The notes beneath the pieces were generated by a model that was not told where the DNA came from, did no database searches, and saw only the letters and a program-made list of their open reading frames with translations. A DNA stretch of 64,000 nucleotides from Podarcis pityusensis (taxonomy: Eukaryota). Of the stretch, positions 34,843-48,622 are shown one piece after another. Where the stretch lies: the NCBI GenBank assembly GCA_964106645.2, contig OZ067039.1; one strand, 5' to 3'. Made by a program: the position numbers and the translations under genes. Each line of letters opens with the position of its first letter. Position 1 is the stretch's first letter.

Positions 34843-35259
34843 TGTTGCGTGTCTTTTCTTCTATGTAATATAAATTTTCAAAACTATGTTTAGTTGTGCC
34901 TGTGATATGAACTATGAACATGCTTGTCTGACTCCTGAACAGATCCATGCAGCCATAGGCATGTAGGCTCCACCACATGACTAAGAACCCCCAATCACAT
35001 AAGACAGCTTGTGTGTTTAGAGTTGTATGTGCATAGTCTCCCAGTTCAGACCTTTGCTGAAGATGCTGAGGTAAGGGATACAGATCTGGTGTCAAAGGCT
35101 CTTCAGCACAGGGTTCTGAACACATTTTCTACCAAGAAGGCATATGAATATCTCCACTGCATGATATAGTCGGTACAGTGGGATGCAGCATAGATATTAG
35201 TAACAGAATTCTACTTTGATGCATTTAGAATTGCTTTTAATTCATTGGCCCCCACTGGG

Positions 35260-35665
35260 CTTAAACTGCACAGGACAGCATTACCTCAAGGACTACCTCT
35301 CTCCATATGAACCTACCTGGACCCTGAGATCATTGCCTTTGTGTGCCTCCTCCACAAGAGGTCCAGAGAGTGGCAAAATGAGAACGGGCCTTTTCTGCAG
35401 TGGCTCCCCATTTGTGGAATGCTCTCCCCAGGGAGGCTCACCTGGTGCCTTCATTACATATGATTAGGTGCCAGGTGAAAACTTTCCTCTTTGACCAGGC
35501 TTTTAGTTGACTAACATCCTATATCCCTTTAAATGTGTTCGTGGGAGGGGTGCAGGGCTCCTTGTTCTTATTATGTATTTTCTTTTTATCTTGTATTTTT
35601 ATGCTGTGAACTGCCCTGAGATCTATGGAAGAATGGTAGTATACAAATTTTAACCATAACAATAA
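35260..35665 (+). mobile_element. Older L2 3' fragment
   Basis: YLKDYLSPYEP and GCCTTTTCTGCAGTGGCTCCCCATTTGTGGAATGCTCTCCC (AFSAVAPHLWNALP-type). Confidence 0.75.
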
Positions 35666-38600
35666 CAAAAAATACTGCTCTGTGGTTGCCCCAACCCTAC
35701 TGTGACCTGATTTCCCATAGCCCCTGTTTCTTCCAGCTTCTACCTACCCCACTCAGCATCTTATTAGAATGTTGAATTTGCATTCTGATCCCTGTAAAGA
35801 AACCTTTCTTAAGATAGGAGGTCTGGATTCAGGTAAGTTTCAAGGCAAAATGCACTGTCTTTAAAAAATTAAAACCTCTCAGACAAGGGAACTTTTAGAG
35901 GAACTGATCAACACAAAGTTTGCCTGCAGAGAGATGTCTGCAATTCCCGTTGCCAGTCTTATACTGTTTACTACAATGCTTGCTCGCAAAATATTTTCAT
36001 CTAAATGCAAACCATGGAATGGCCTTCCCTACTTTAGAAACCCCTGGAGAATGTATCAGGCTCACAATATCCCTCAGCCCAATTTCAGTGACGGATAAAG
36101 TGGTAACGCATTTCCAGTTGTTCAATTTGGCACCTGCCATTCAGCTAAGGTTACATACCTTCCCCAGTGTAGTGCTATCAATGAGCAGAAATTGTATACT
36201 TAGTGAAAAGAATGACTCTTATAAACTGAGGAGATTCATCCCCCCGAATGAAATTTAACTGGTCTTAAACTTAATATTGAAAAACTTCTGGTTTCCTAAG
36301 AAATCTTCTGGTAATCTTCAGAGGGCTTCCCTGCACTAGTCCTGTCCTCTGATTTCCATGCTTTGAGCATCATTGCTGCAAAATCCCCACTTACAATCAT
36401 TAGATGGTGCATAGAGGCTCCACATCACAGATATGTTGGTGGAACCATGAGCCCCTACAAGTGAGGAGTTCCTTTGCAAATAAAGGCTCTCAACACATGG
36501 ATGTTGGAGAGTGGAGATAGCACAAGGGCAAGACATTGGGATCACGGCTAAAATGCCACTTCTCATTCAAACTTTGGGAACCCTACAGACAAGTAATGTG
36601 TGTACAATATCCTTATGTGAGTCTGTCACACAATTGCACACCTTCCTGTTAACCATAGCTGACTCCAGGAGAACAGCAAAATTGTTATTTTATTAAACAG
36701 ATGATAAAGAACTCCTACTGAGGTCTGCTTACATAGAACTGACCTAGTTGAGGGCTGAAAATTCACAGATACCACATAGAGCCCACCCACTGAGTCAGAG
36801 AAGGAGCCAAGGTTGCTGTTAACCTCCTTTTAACCCTTTACATGCCATATACAATAGTGTGAATAGGGTTTGTGTGCCAAATTACTAAGCAATGCAGTAC
36901 AATGCCTCTTGTCAGTTTCAGGAATCTGTTATTTGAGAAATGAATGGGAGAAGCAAAGCAAGGTATGTCTCCATTTTGTTTCTATATTTTTGCTTATTTA
37001 TTTACTGATTATTAACTGAATTTATATAGCCACCCCATGACATCAGTTCTCTGAGCAGTTCACAACACAAACGCCACAATTAAATGCAGTGTCAAACAAT
37101 AAAAATGAGAAAAAGCAGTTGCAATCAGACTTGTTAAAACAAAGAGAAGCAGACTGTAAGACATGTTATTTTAAATATTTCACTGCTCATAGCAATGGGT
37201 TAGCCTTTTTGTTTTAGAACTGCATTCGCACACCCCTTACTGAGAAGGGCTGGAAGCCAAATTCTCCCAACCAAGTCCAACACTGTATCTACCCAACACA
37301 TTGCACTGCCTTTCTGTCCTTGCTAACTTGGACAAGGGAATGCTGAAATATCACCTGGCCATTACAAACTTAGGGAGACACATCCCCATCCAAGTCAGAA
37401 CTACTTACCAAACAAATCCTTTCTATATGACATTCCTATACTAGCATTTTCTAAGGTCTTTCTAGACTGCTAGTCGGCAACACCTAAAAATAGGTCATGG
37501 TCTGATTTGCATTGTTTTTAAATTCTTCCCCTTCCTGCATGGATAATTGCAGACCCAACATAATCCCTCTGGTTAAATGCACCTGCAGAAATGAAGGTAG
37601 GTCTTTAAAATGGGCCAGGAGGAATGGAAGGAGAGTTGATTGATGGTCTATAAAACTCAGTTTGGGCATTTCTCTGGGAGGGAAATCACTGTGTTAATGC
37701 ATGGTATTATTACTTTAATAAGCCTTTAATACCAGTTCTTCCATTTATTGAGTTTGCTTTTAGCCGTTATAATATATTTATGAGAAAACGTGGGAAAACA
37801 TGGTTCCCTTGGTTTTTGTTTATATTAATGGCTGGCAAGTCTTGGGTCAATTAATCTTCTGCAAATGGCTTTATTTCTCCTTGAGAGTGGATGGATACTT
37901 CAGATTCACTTGCCCAGGTGTTCTTAGTGATTGCCTGCCATTCACGTCTGACACCAAACTATTTCAGTTGAAGCCAGCTCAAGCAAAGCAAAACAAGAAA
38001 AGTAGCCTGCACTCTGCCCTTGCATTGATAATAAGTGCTTTTAAAGGAGGAATGAGTTACTCTTGCTTGTATTATTCTGCATTTGAGAGAAATAGGGTTT
38101 GCTCTACCCTGAGTCTGAGGATTAAGAGGTGAGCAGGGTTGTATTCTGAACTAGGTAATTACAAAATTTGGTGTTATCAAACATAATTGGAGATGGATTT
38201 AGGAACATCGTAAGCTATGCACCTGCTCCTTCAGAGGGAGTGCAGCCTTGAACAGAACCAAGAGATCTTGATCTGCTTTCTGCTCACTCCAAGTGTACAG
38301 GATAGGAAAAGGCACAAATGAGTGTCATAGATCTTTCTCACAATCGGCTAGTCCACAGCACGAAGGCTATGTACAGCCCCATTGATCTGCCCTATGGCTC
38401 AGATCCAGTGGCCCCTAATCAGGCCAGCTTTGCCTGATCCAACCCAGGAACCACTTTCCTCACCTTGGATCCAGCCTTGAATTTATGGGGAGGGGCACAG
38501 CTATTGTTTAATTAGGGTAACAAATGTGTCTCATTCCCCTCTTCCCAACGGGGGGGGGGGGGGAGGGTTCAATTCTGCAGAGTGCTGCTTACCAGTGGCT

Positions 38601-40207
38601 TCTCTGCAGGGAAGCCATTTGCGCACGGGCACTCTGCACCCCGCAGGATCACTGCCTTCACTCGACAGCTGCTGAGTGGAGGTATCGATGCTGTGGGACT
38701 TCAGGCAGGAAGGAGAATCAAGCCTTGTCTGGGTCCCACCTTATCCTGGGAAGATGCAGCTAGCAGTCAGGTGGGCCTCTTCATGAGTTTTCTTGTCTAA
38801 TTTGTACCAGTCTGACTCGTAATGGTCTGTAGCTTTCACAGCCTGAGTCAACCAATGCCCGTCCCTCTGAGCCACATCTGAATCTAATGCAGAGCACTAG
38901 CCTGCATCTAGTCATGAAACAAAATATATGCACACTACTGCCAAAATTAAGTTTTTAGGATAGTCTTTCTTGAAGGTACAGATATAATTTTTGACAGAGC
39001 CCTAGCCACACTGTTGCTTTAAAAAAAGGGTGGGGGGACTTCAGAGGCTTATCTGGCAGAACACTAGAGAGAGGCTGTCTTATCTGATGGGAAAGTTGAT
39101 TGGATTTTTGTACCTGCTGACATTTGACAGAAACCTTGTCTCCCCCTCATTTCATCTCTAGCAATCCCACCATACATTATGTGAAAATGTTTATACCAGT
39201 TAGGTAAACAATGCTGGCTATCTTTATTTGCTAGCTTTGCTCACTGCCTCTCACTTCAGCTGATACTTTGAAGTAGTCCTTTGCAAACAAACCAAACAGA
39301 AAAGCAGGTATCATTTTACATAGGCAGCTCACTATACCTATTTTAAAATTGGGAAGAACAAAATTGGTTTTGGGATCCCTCTCTTGGTTTTGTTTCCATT
39401 GACTCCACTCTCTTAAGCTTCAAGTTGTGTTTGATTTGGAAGCTATTTGTCAGCAACGGGAAAACCTGAGCTCCATGCAGTGCCCCCCCCCCCATGTCTC
39501 TCTGTCTGGCTCTCCTGAGGCCCCTTGATGTTCCTGCTTTGAACATTCCATGAATGTTTTTGCCTGGCTGGAATATGTCCTTCAGCTGTGACAATAGAGA
39601 GGGATGTGTGAGTGAGTGCATAGAAATAAGCTTACTGTACAAAGGTAAAAATAACATTCTTGCTCTGCCTGCTTTTGCCCAGCACCGGAATGTGAGACCA
39701 CCCCCCAGGCTGGGATGCCTGGAAGGTAGTATGGCTGACTGCTCTTGTTAGTTGTTAAAGCCCTCACATAAGTAAAATCTCATGGGGAGAACAGGGGAGA
39801 GTGCTGTTATGTCCCCAACACCCAGCCCTGCTGCCTTCCATGTATGAAGATCTGGACTGGGGAGCTTGCTCTAGATACAGAGGCTAAATCTTCCCACCTT
39901 TGCAACTGCAGCAGTGTCTGACCCCATGCTGCTATTATGCTGTTTCCCTAAGTTTAACAGGTTGCCCCCCTCCTTGACCAAGTGATCTTTCATGTCAGTG
40001 AGGAAGAAGGTGCAATGGGAATGCCACTGATGTCAGCCCTATGTCATTCATAATGTATTTCAGTTCATTTGCATAATTTTACTCACTATTTAAAATTCAA
40101 CTCATTTTGTTGCTTTACTTTCTATAAACCTAAACATGTACTGGCTACAGCCTTGCTTAGGCTTATTTCCTAGGCACATTCATGTGGTAATGAAATTTAG
40201 TGAACTA

Positions 40208-40786
40208 CCGTATTGGCCCGAATATAAGCTGCACCCGCAAATAAGCCGCACCTTTAAAATTCAAGGGGGGGTGGAGAAAAAAAGAAAATCCCCGAATATA
40301 AGCCACTCGCTGTGTGTGTCTGTCTGAGGTGCTTTCTCGCACACACTCTTGACGCCCCTTCCAGGCCGGTTTCTCCTCATGAGCGGCACAGAAACAAGCT
40401 CTGCCACCGCTGCTCCTGCCTCGGCTTCTTTTCTTCCTTATCAGTTCAAGGCATCCAGGTGCCACTGGAGAGAAAGATGGAGGGAGGGGGAAATGGAGGA
40501 GCCCACTGCCGGCAGGAGAAGGGGGAGTGCTCCCCAAAGAGGAGAGCAAACTTGGGCTGCTCCTGAGGGGAGGTTTCTCTCTCTCCCCCTCATGTACAAC
40601 ACCTGCCTTGCCCCGTTCACTTGTGGCCCCACTTCTCAGCTTCTTCCCCATCGCCCTCTACCTCATGGGTTACTGTGATTTGACCACAGCAATTTTTGTA
40701 AGGTCACAAATTTAAGCCACACTTTAACTTTTCATGGTTGGAATTTGGGGGGGAAAAAAGTGCGGCTTATATTCGGGCTAATACGG
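40208..40786. mobile_element. Non-autonomous Tc/pogo-type DNA transposon
   Basis: 22-bp TIR CCGTATTGGCCCGAATATAAGC with 1 mismatch, TA on both sides, and subterminal AATATAAGCC repeats. Confidence 0.9.
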
Positions 40787-41382
40787 TATATGGGACTGAC
40801 TTCTAAGTAGACATGCATAGGAATGCACTGTTAGTAAATCAAACATGTATCAGTTATCTAAAGTGCAGAAACATTTCTAACACTATTAAACAATCAGATG
40901 TGACAATAAGCAGCATAACACCGACTAAAGTGCTGCAATATTTCATTATGAATGTGATGTTTTGATTCTCATCATCTTGCAGCATCTCAGTTTGTATTGT
41001 TTTGCTTTTCAATGTCTCGGATCACTGTAATTAGCATAAATTAAATTGCCAAGTGAATTTTGAATTTTTACCTTCTGAATTTGATGAGAGCTTCAAGCTC
41101 AAATTCACAACATTCCTCAGATTCACAACATTCAAGTCCATTTCCCCCCAACAAACATTTCAATGTCAAACATTTGTACCACCCTCTAATTTAGGACTTC
41201 ATAAGAAAATGTGTGAAAACAGCAGGAATGTAGATATGTTTACCATGTCCCGGAATATCATGAATGAAAGCTCTTTTGAATACACTGTATCATAAACATA
41301 TCTGATCACAACATAACCTGGAAGAAGATCCTCAGGAACCGGGGGTGGCCAAAGTGGTGCTCTGGGTTTGTCCCAGAATTGT

Positions 41383-41513
41383 GGCATTTTTTCAGCTAGA
41401 ACTCACTGGAACTCAGTTCGGGCACCTCTCAGGTAGACACCATTTCCATTATAAGAGAACAAGGAAGGCATTCATGGTGAGTTCCAACACCTTTTTTTCT
41501 AGAAAAATAGCAC
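41383..41513. mobile_element. Short MITE of the GGAACTCAC family
   Basis: Both ends match those of 6019-6643. Confidence 0.7.
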
Positions 41514-44500
41514 AGGCCATAATCCCTTACAATTGGCCGTACTGCCCTTAGCTTGTGGGAGTTGTAACTTGATACCATCTGGAAAGTACCATGAGGGCAC
41601 AAACCCCAACAGAAACTCAGCTTCGTAGAATTATATAAGCTCTTCCCAATAAACTTCACAAGTGTAGTTCAAGGCACTCAGTATGGCTTTCTGCAGGTGG
41701 CATTTATTTACTTATTTGCATTTGATGGGTCTTGATGGGAGATGAAGTGTCAGCAGTGCTGGTTTTGTTGAGCCTATAAGAAAAAAGAAAACTTGCTCTC
41801 AGGACTTCTAACCTTCAATTATAAGTGAATGTTATAATGAAATACCTCTTATATAATTTGCTACATGATGTAGAACAGTGGTAAAGGAACATCTGTAGTC
41901 AAGACCACTGGTTTTGTGTGTGTGTGTGATGGCACTCACAGGTACAGAGTACCATCAATAAGTTTTTTTAACTGCCCATGGCATCCATTTTGTGTTGGCA
42001 CACTTTTATTAAAATATGAGTTCCAGCAGCTCATTTTCAGCTAATGACATTTATTGGTACACTAGAGGATGACAGTTCTTAAAGCACTACATCTCTATGT
42101 GGCCATGTCTTTGCATATTTCATGTTCATAATGACTCATTATTGCAATAGTCTATCTAGCCACTAGCTATTGCACATGGATGACTTTGGGGTCTGGGCTA
42201 TGGATGCTTGAGGAATTCTGTATATCTTTGTAGATTCCTACATGAAATGACTTCATCCACACCTCTCAGACAAATGTGCAATTTTGCCCTTAGCTAGCCA
42301 CCAAACCACACTATCCCTAATGTTGAAGCACTGTTCTCAGCAGTAGAAACGTATCAAAATAATGTATTTAAATGTGTGTTAATGCAAATTAATGGGAAGA
42401 TAAAACAGAAAGATTTATAAACAGAGCTAGTCCAAGTAATATTTATTTATTTATTGAATCAAAGGGTAAGATGGCACCTACCTATTCCCTCTCCAAGTAC
42501 AAAAGTTGACCAGGTAGAATCTTTCTTCACCAGGACAGTGTCCGCTGTACCTGAGGACAGCAGGATAGCTTAGAGGGCACAGGGCAGGCCCCCTTGAGCA
42601 CATGGCTCTGCCCACTCCCTGCCCCATAGCAATTGCTACAGGAGGTGGCTGCCTCATTCTGTCTCATGGGAGGGCCAGTCCTGGTAAAAACATCCAGAAA
42701 TGGCAAGTTCACCCTTCTCTGTTGGTGCCACCCCTGAATCCCACCAGGAATGGTCATTTCTCCTATCCCATTACCTATTGGTATGCTTTATGGCCAGTCC
42801 TATTGTTTGGGTGCACAAAACCAGAGGGAATGGAAAGTCTGTACATGTTCATTTATGGGTGCTTCCTCTCCCTTATCTGTCTCTTATCTGTCTGGAAGCT
42901 CCTTAGTCTTATTCCAAATCAGAAGTCAGATTCTAAAGCCAGAGCATTGTATCTTAATGCTATTGTTCTGCTTGCGTAACAGTCGCAATGAACTTGTGCA
43001 ATGAACTTTAGCCTCCTCTCTGCTTCTCTGCAGGCCCCCTGCAACCTCAAAATATGCTCCAGGGAGTTGGGGGAGCAGATTTTGTGGGTGCTTGGGGAGA
43101 AGAGGGGATGGGGAAGTCCTGTTGTCTGAGCTTTACTCTGTTCATGCAGCCTTGGATATAACCCATAGGCTCTGCTCTAAAACTGTTAGTGTCAGAATGT
43201 ACTCCTAGCACATGTGAAGCAATACCTAAGGGTAATGCTTTTAAGCAGATATTGCTGTCTTATCATCTTCATTACCATCAAGTAAACAAAGCCTTCTCCT
43301 ACCCATCAGTGAGCAGGTGACAGCACTTCCTGGTGAGAGTATGTGGCTTTCACAAAGCCTTCAGCTCTAGGACGGAAGGGACTTTAACATTCGAACAGGA
43401 AGGCAAAAGTTATTTCACTTTCACCTTGGCTGAAGCCTTAGTCCATTTGCAGAAGGCTTGTTCCAGCCTCTTTGGGCTTATCAGCAGATCAGAAAAAAGT
43501 CAGTGCACTCCTACACCATTAATTTTCAAAGTCATGTCTGCCAGGCTGGGATAAGAAGGGAATATTTGGGTCTCCTTGGACTTTGTTCTCGGGGCAGGCA
43601 AGCACTAATTGACTTCTGAACAATTTGTCGAAGAAATCTGATGAATCAAGGACCTCAGAATGCAGCCTCAAAGCCCTGGCTGGATTCTGTAAGCAGAAGT
43701 GTGTGAATTTTTAAGAGCACATTTTGGATGAACATCTCCATACTTTAGGGGCTGTATATAACCTTTGGATATTTGCCCAACCTTAATTACAGCTTAATTT
43801 ACCCATCCATCACTAGGACTGTCAAGTAGACAGGTGTTTTAAGCAGCTGGATTGGCAACCTTTCCCAACATGTAAAACATCCAATTGCCTAGAAATTCAG
43901 CTGGTGTTTTTTAATAAAAATAAAAAATAGCTCTTGTTGATTTCACCTACATAAGTAATGTGAGTGATGGGCTACTTCCATAATTTTGATTTTATTAGTA
44001 TGTCCCAATTACAGTTCTAGGGCTTTGTGAACATACTCCTGAAAAACCTGTTTGGAATTTGTTCTGCTGCATTTGACAAGTCCAGAATACACAAAAGCTA
44101 ATAACTCGCCAGGATTCGACATCTACCTTATTTGTAAATAAATATGCTCCCTTTCACCCTTTCCTGCATGCACTGGGAAATGCTGGGGTGTCTCTAGCCA
44201 CTAAGGGAACAATAATGTTTTGCTTTCATTTAGCAAGATCCATTAGGTAGGAGATGAAGTGCTGGGTGGCAATGACAAGACAGAAGCCAGACGACTGTCA
44301 AACTGCTCCCGCTTTCTTCAATTATTTTGAGATTTTCCCCATTCGAAGCACACTGAACAAATCACAGAGGTGATTATGCAGTCAAAATGGGGACATTTTG
44401 TGTGGTCTGATGATACATGGCTTGGTATTATTAATGCCACGTGTTAAGATGCTTTAGCAGACAAGAAATTACAAGGTCAGCTATCTGGAAGGAGGCGCTA

Positions 44501-44984
44501 CAGTGAAGGATTTTTTTTCTTTTTTACAAAAAGAATGAAAAGGAAGGCCAAAGAAATAAAAACAATAACACTTGATGATGACCTATCTGTACTATGCAAT
44601 CAAATCCCACAAGTCAAAAAAGCACAAGAGGGAGCAATATAGTTTATAATACTGCAACTACTGAATGTGAGATTGGACAGCCTGTGTGAAAAGAAACAAG
44701 CAAGAAAAAATAAATTATACATCCCCACCCCTCACACAACACAAATGTACAATGCATACTATTTCTTACATTCAAACACTGAGGATGGAAAGTTAAAGAC
44801 CACAGGTTTGGAATTAAGGGGAGGGTTTGAGGTAGAGTTGGGGATGATTTTTTAAACAAATTTATCTCTTAGTTCATCTGCTTAGGAAGGATCACAATGC
44901 TCCTCATCGAAGGAGTGTACATTGACCACTCCATGTGGGGCTTTCTATTTTAATCCCCAGCTCAGTTTAAACCATGTACATGGT

Positions 44985-45231
44985 GAAGAGTTTGGATTTG
45001 GATTTGATATCCCGCCTTTCACTCCCCTTCAGGAGTCTCAAAGTGGCTAACATTCTCCTTTCCCTTCCTCCCCCACAACAAACACTCTGTGAGGTGAGTG
45101 GGTCTGAGAGACTTCAAAGAAGTGTGACTGGCCCAAGGTCACCCAGCAGCTGCATGTGGAGGAGCGGAGACGCGAACCCGGTTCCCCAGATTACGAGACT
45201 ACCGCTCTTAACCACTACACCACACTGGCTC
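44985..45231 (-). mobile_element. tRNA-derived SINE, Squam3-like
   Basis: Minus strand has A box TGGTGTAGTGG, B box GGTTCGCGTC, CORE-like GTGACCTTGGGC and a CTT tail. Second copy at 58440. Confidence 0.85.
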
Positions 45232-45307
45232 AAAGATGTCACAAAATTGTTCACTCAGAGCACAAATGGTAATTAGGCACAAGTATGGCACATCTTACTA
45301 ATGCATA

Positions 45308-45650
45308 GGTAAAGGGTAAAGGGACCTCTGACCATTAGGTCCAGTTGTGACTGACTCTGGGGTTGCGGCGCTCATCTCGCTTTACTGGCCGAGGGAGCTG
45401 GCGTACAGCTTCCGGGTCATGTGGCCAGCATGACTAAGCCACTTCTGGTGAACCAGAGCAGCGCACAGAAACGCCGTTTACCTTCCTGCTGGAGCTGTAC
45501 CTATTTCTCTACTTGCACTGGTGTGCTTTCGAACTGCTAGGTTGACGGGAGCTGGGACCAAGCAATGGGAGCTCACCCCGTTGTGGGGATTCAAACCACC
45601 AACCTTTCGATCGGCAAGCCCTAGACTCTGTGGTTTAGACCACAGCGCCA
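45308..45650 (-). mobile_element. Sauria SINE
   Basis: Full-length homolog of 7815-8154 with an (ACCTTT)-type tail. Confidence 0.92.
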
Positions 45651-46134
45651 GTCTGTGTAGTTAATGATGGATGATCCAGGTAGCCAGCTTGCCATGTGAA
45701 CATATATATTCTTGGCCACCCACACACAAAGTACTCTTGCTCATATCAAGAATCCTTGTTGCTTTTATTTCTGCAATTATGCCCTTTACATTTGTTTTAA
45801 GGGAGTTGTGGGGCTGAATCCAATGGCCAGGATCATGCACATTCACCTTAGCTGCATAACCCAGCTCCCCCACTTTAGGGTTTCAGGCATTATAATTCAA
45901 AAATACATAGTTTGGAAGTAGTCGTCAATACAATAAACCAAATACTATTTGCTTACATGGAACCTGAATGGAACCATGCTTAAAATAAAGTGAAATGTGA
46001 CAGAGAAGCTTTTAAAATGATCACTGGGGAGAAGTCTACAGGAACTGAAAAGGGTCCAGTGTGAGATGGAACATCCCTAAGGGATGACAGTGAAATTCTT
46101 CATGAATGCCCAAATGGCAGTAGTCGGCTAGATC

Positions 46135-46296
46135 CAGTGCTTTCCCCCCCTAAAAAAATGTTTAGGGATACTCTCATTTTCCTACTCATATTTAAATACT
46201 GCCCCTCAATGAGGCCAAATTTAAATTCATTTTAATTCATTCACAAATTGTTTAGGGGTATGTGTACCCCTATGTAACCCCAGAAAAAAGCACCAG
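46135..46296. mobile_element. Short MITE with CAGTGCTTT / AAAGCACCAG ends
   Basis: Terminal inverted sequence related to 6019-6643, with an internal repeat TGTTTAGGG. Confidence 0.6.
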
Positions 46297-47973
46297 CAAG
46301 ATCAACCAATGAAAACGAAGGGGGATATGCTTGCCATTCAAAGAGGCCAAAGTCTAGGGGAAAACACACATGGAAGAGACAACTGGAAAGAGGCCAGATA
46401 CAGCTGTTGCATGCTATTGCCAGAAGCCTCCAAACCAAGATGTGTGAGCTAGAGTGATCTGTTTTAAAAGAAATAGATAAATATAGTGGGCATTACAGAA
46501 ACCGGTGGCGATATGACCCATAGATTGCAGCAAAATACTGGGTAAGATTTTGCCCAGTATCTTCTGTGTGGTGGGAAAAAGCTGTCCCATGAGCCCTTGC
46601 TGAAGATGGGTAGGGAAAGCCTGTTTAAGGCTGCTTTCCCTGGATCTCATAACCATTTTGCTTTGAGAGCTTTCTGCCCACCCTTGGGTCAGAGCCTTCA
46701 CTGAGCAATTTTGTGTCACTGGTTGACAGGGCCAGAAAGGATTTCCCCCCTCTCAACCTGACTGGCACTTGGTTGGGGTCCCCCCCCCCTTTCCCTCAGT
46801 GAAATTATGGCTTTCCTTTGTTTGGCTGAAGAACATTGTTTGTATTAGGGCAGAAATGGCATTGGTCAGGACCAACATGATATGGGGGGTACCCATAAGG
46901 GGGCTGAGGGGAGACCACAGCAAACCCAAGCTGTGGTTTGATATCTGCCTGCCTGGAATCTGAACCCTAGTCCCCCAGTGAGACCTTGCTTGCTTGGCTT
47001 GCAGCATGGCAAGGTTCAACACTGGCCAACTCCCGTCATACAGGTTTGGTCCCATCCAAACCCAGCAGATCCGTTCCATCAACATGAGGCTTGTGGAAGG
47101 ATGAACTGATCCTGGGACCCAATGCCATGCCAACCCTTGCCCCGCCTGCTGGTGTCAATAAAGATTTGGCCTGATTTTATCCCATCACCATTGTACAGTC
47201 TGGTTATTTTGCTGCTCTCATGGGTCACATAATGCGCTTGCCAGATATGCAGTATTCTGTTCCTATGAACAGATGCTCTTAAAGATGATCACCATCCCAC
47301 ACCAATTACTGCCATTTCCCATTGAGAAATATAGTGTCTAGTTTCTCCTCCTGGGGCAGGTCCACTCACACTCTACAGAATGATATATGTGACAGACATA
47401 GATAAATGGGAAGAGAAGAAGCAACTGCCTTATGCAGACCAACTGTCCACCTGTCACAGTATTGTTTACTCTGGCTGACGGCAATAATCCAGGTTTTCAT
47501 GTCGCAATTCTTCCTAGCCTTGTTCACACAATGTCCCACAGTTAGATCAGGGCAGGCATTTTACACAGCAGGTTAAGACAAATATGCACACTTGCACACG
47601 CATGGTAGGTTGGTCTCAATTTTTCATGCGAAATCCCATTTTGTGTGTCTTTTTTTTAAAAGAAACTGAAATATACAAATATTTTAATAAATAAAATTAA
47701 GTAATGCAAATTGTGGCAAACTTTCCACATATACTGGCACACTAAAATGATTGTAATAATTCCATAATCTTGCCCCAACTGTAGAACTTCCTCCCTTAGG
47801 ATGTTTGGCAACCTTTTGAGGCTAGGGCTTCAGCCAAATCTGGTGCATAGGCCTAGTTTTAAGGATAGTTGGAATTTTTTATTATTATTATTTTGCTTTG
47901 CTGGTGATCATTCAATGCAAGTTTAAGGAACTTTTATTCATTCAGACTTTGGGGAGATATTTGAAAGTATGTA

Positions 47974-48622
47974 TCCCATCACCTCCTGGCAAATAGAAGG
48001 GGAAGAAATGGAGGCAGTGAGAGATTTTACTTTCTTGGGCTCCATGATCACTGCAGATGGTGACAGCAGTCACGAAATTAAAAGACGCCTGCTCCTTTGA
48101 GAAAGGCAATGGCAAACCTAGATAGCATCTTAAAAAGCAGAGACATCACCTTGCCAACAAAGGTCCGTATAGTTAAAGCCATGGTTTTCCCAGTAGTGAT
48201 GAATGGAAGTGAGAGCTGGACCATAAAGAAGGCTGATCGCCGAAGAATTGATGCTTTTGAATTATGGTGCTGGAGGAGACTCTTGAGAGTCCCATGGACT
48301 GCAAGAAGATCAAACGCATCCATTCTTAAGGAAATTAGCCCTGAGTGGTCACTGGAAGGACAGATCATGAAGCTGAGGCTCCAATACTTTGGCCACCTCA
48401 TGAGAAGAGAAGACTCCCTGGAAAAGACCCTGATGTTGGGAAAGATTGAGGGCACAAGGAGAAGGGGACGACAGGGGATGAGATGGTTGGACAGTGTTCT
48501 CGAAGCTACAAACATGAGTCTGACCAAACTGCGGGAGGCAGTGGAAGACAGGAGTGCCTGGCGTGCTCTGGTCCATGGGGTCACAAAGAGTCGGACACGA
48601 CTAAACGACTAAACAACAACAA
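47974..48622 (+). mobile_element. Bov-B (RTE) LINE 3' fragment
   Basis: ORF NLDSILKSRDITLPTKVRIVKAMVFPVV...WRALVHGVTKSRTRLND and 3' end GAGTCGGACACGACTAAACGACTAAACAACAACAA. One frameshift near 48097. Confidence 0.95.

Noticed and set aside
40205-40715. ORFs inside the TIR element as a transposase
   Set aside because: No DDE/D or HTH motifs, and the element is only 579 bp and non-autonomous.
45170-45231. tRNA gene
   Set aside because: The A and B boxes belong to a SINE head that continues into a SINE body. The same applies near 8.1, 45.6 and 58.6 kb.
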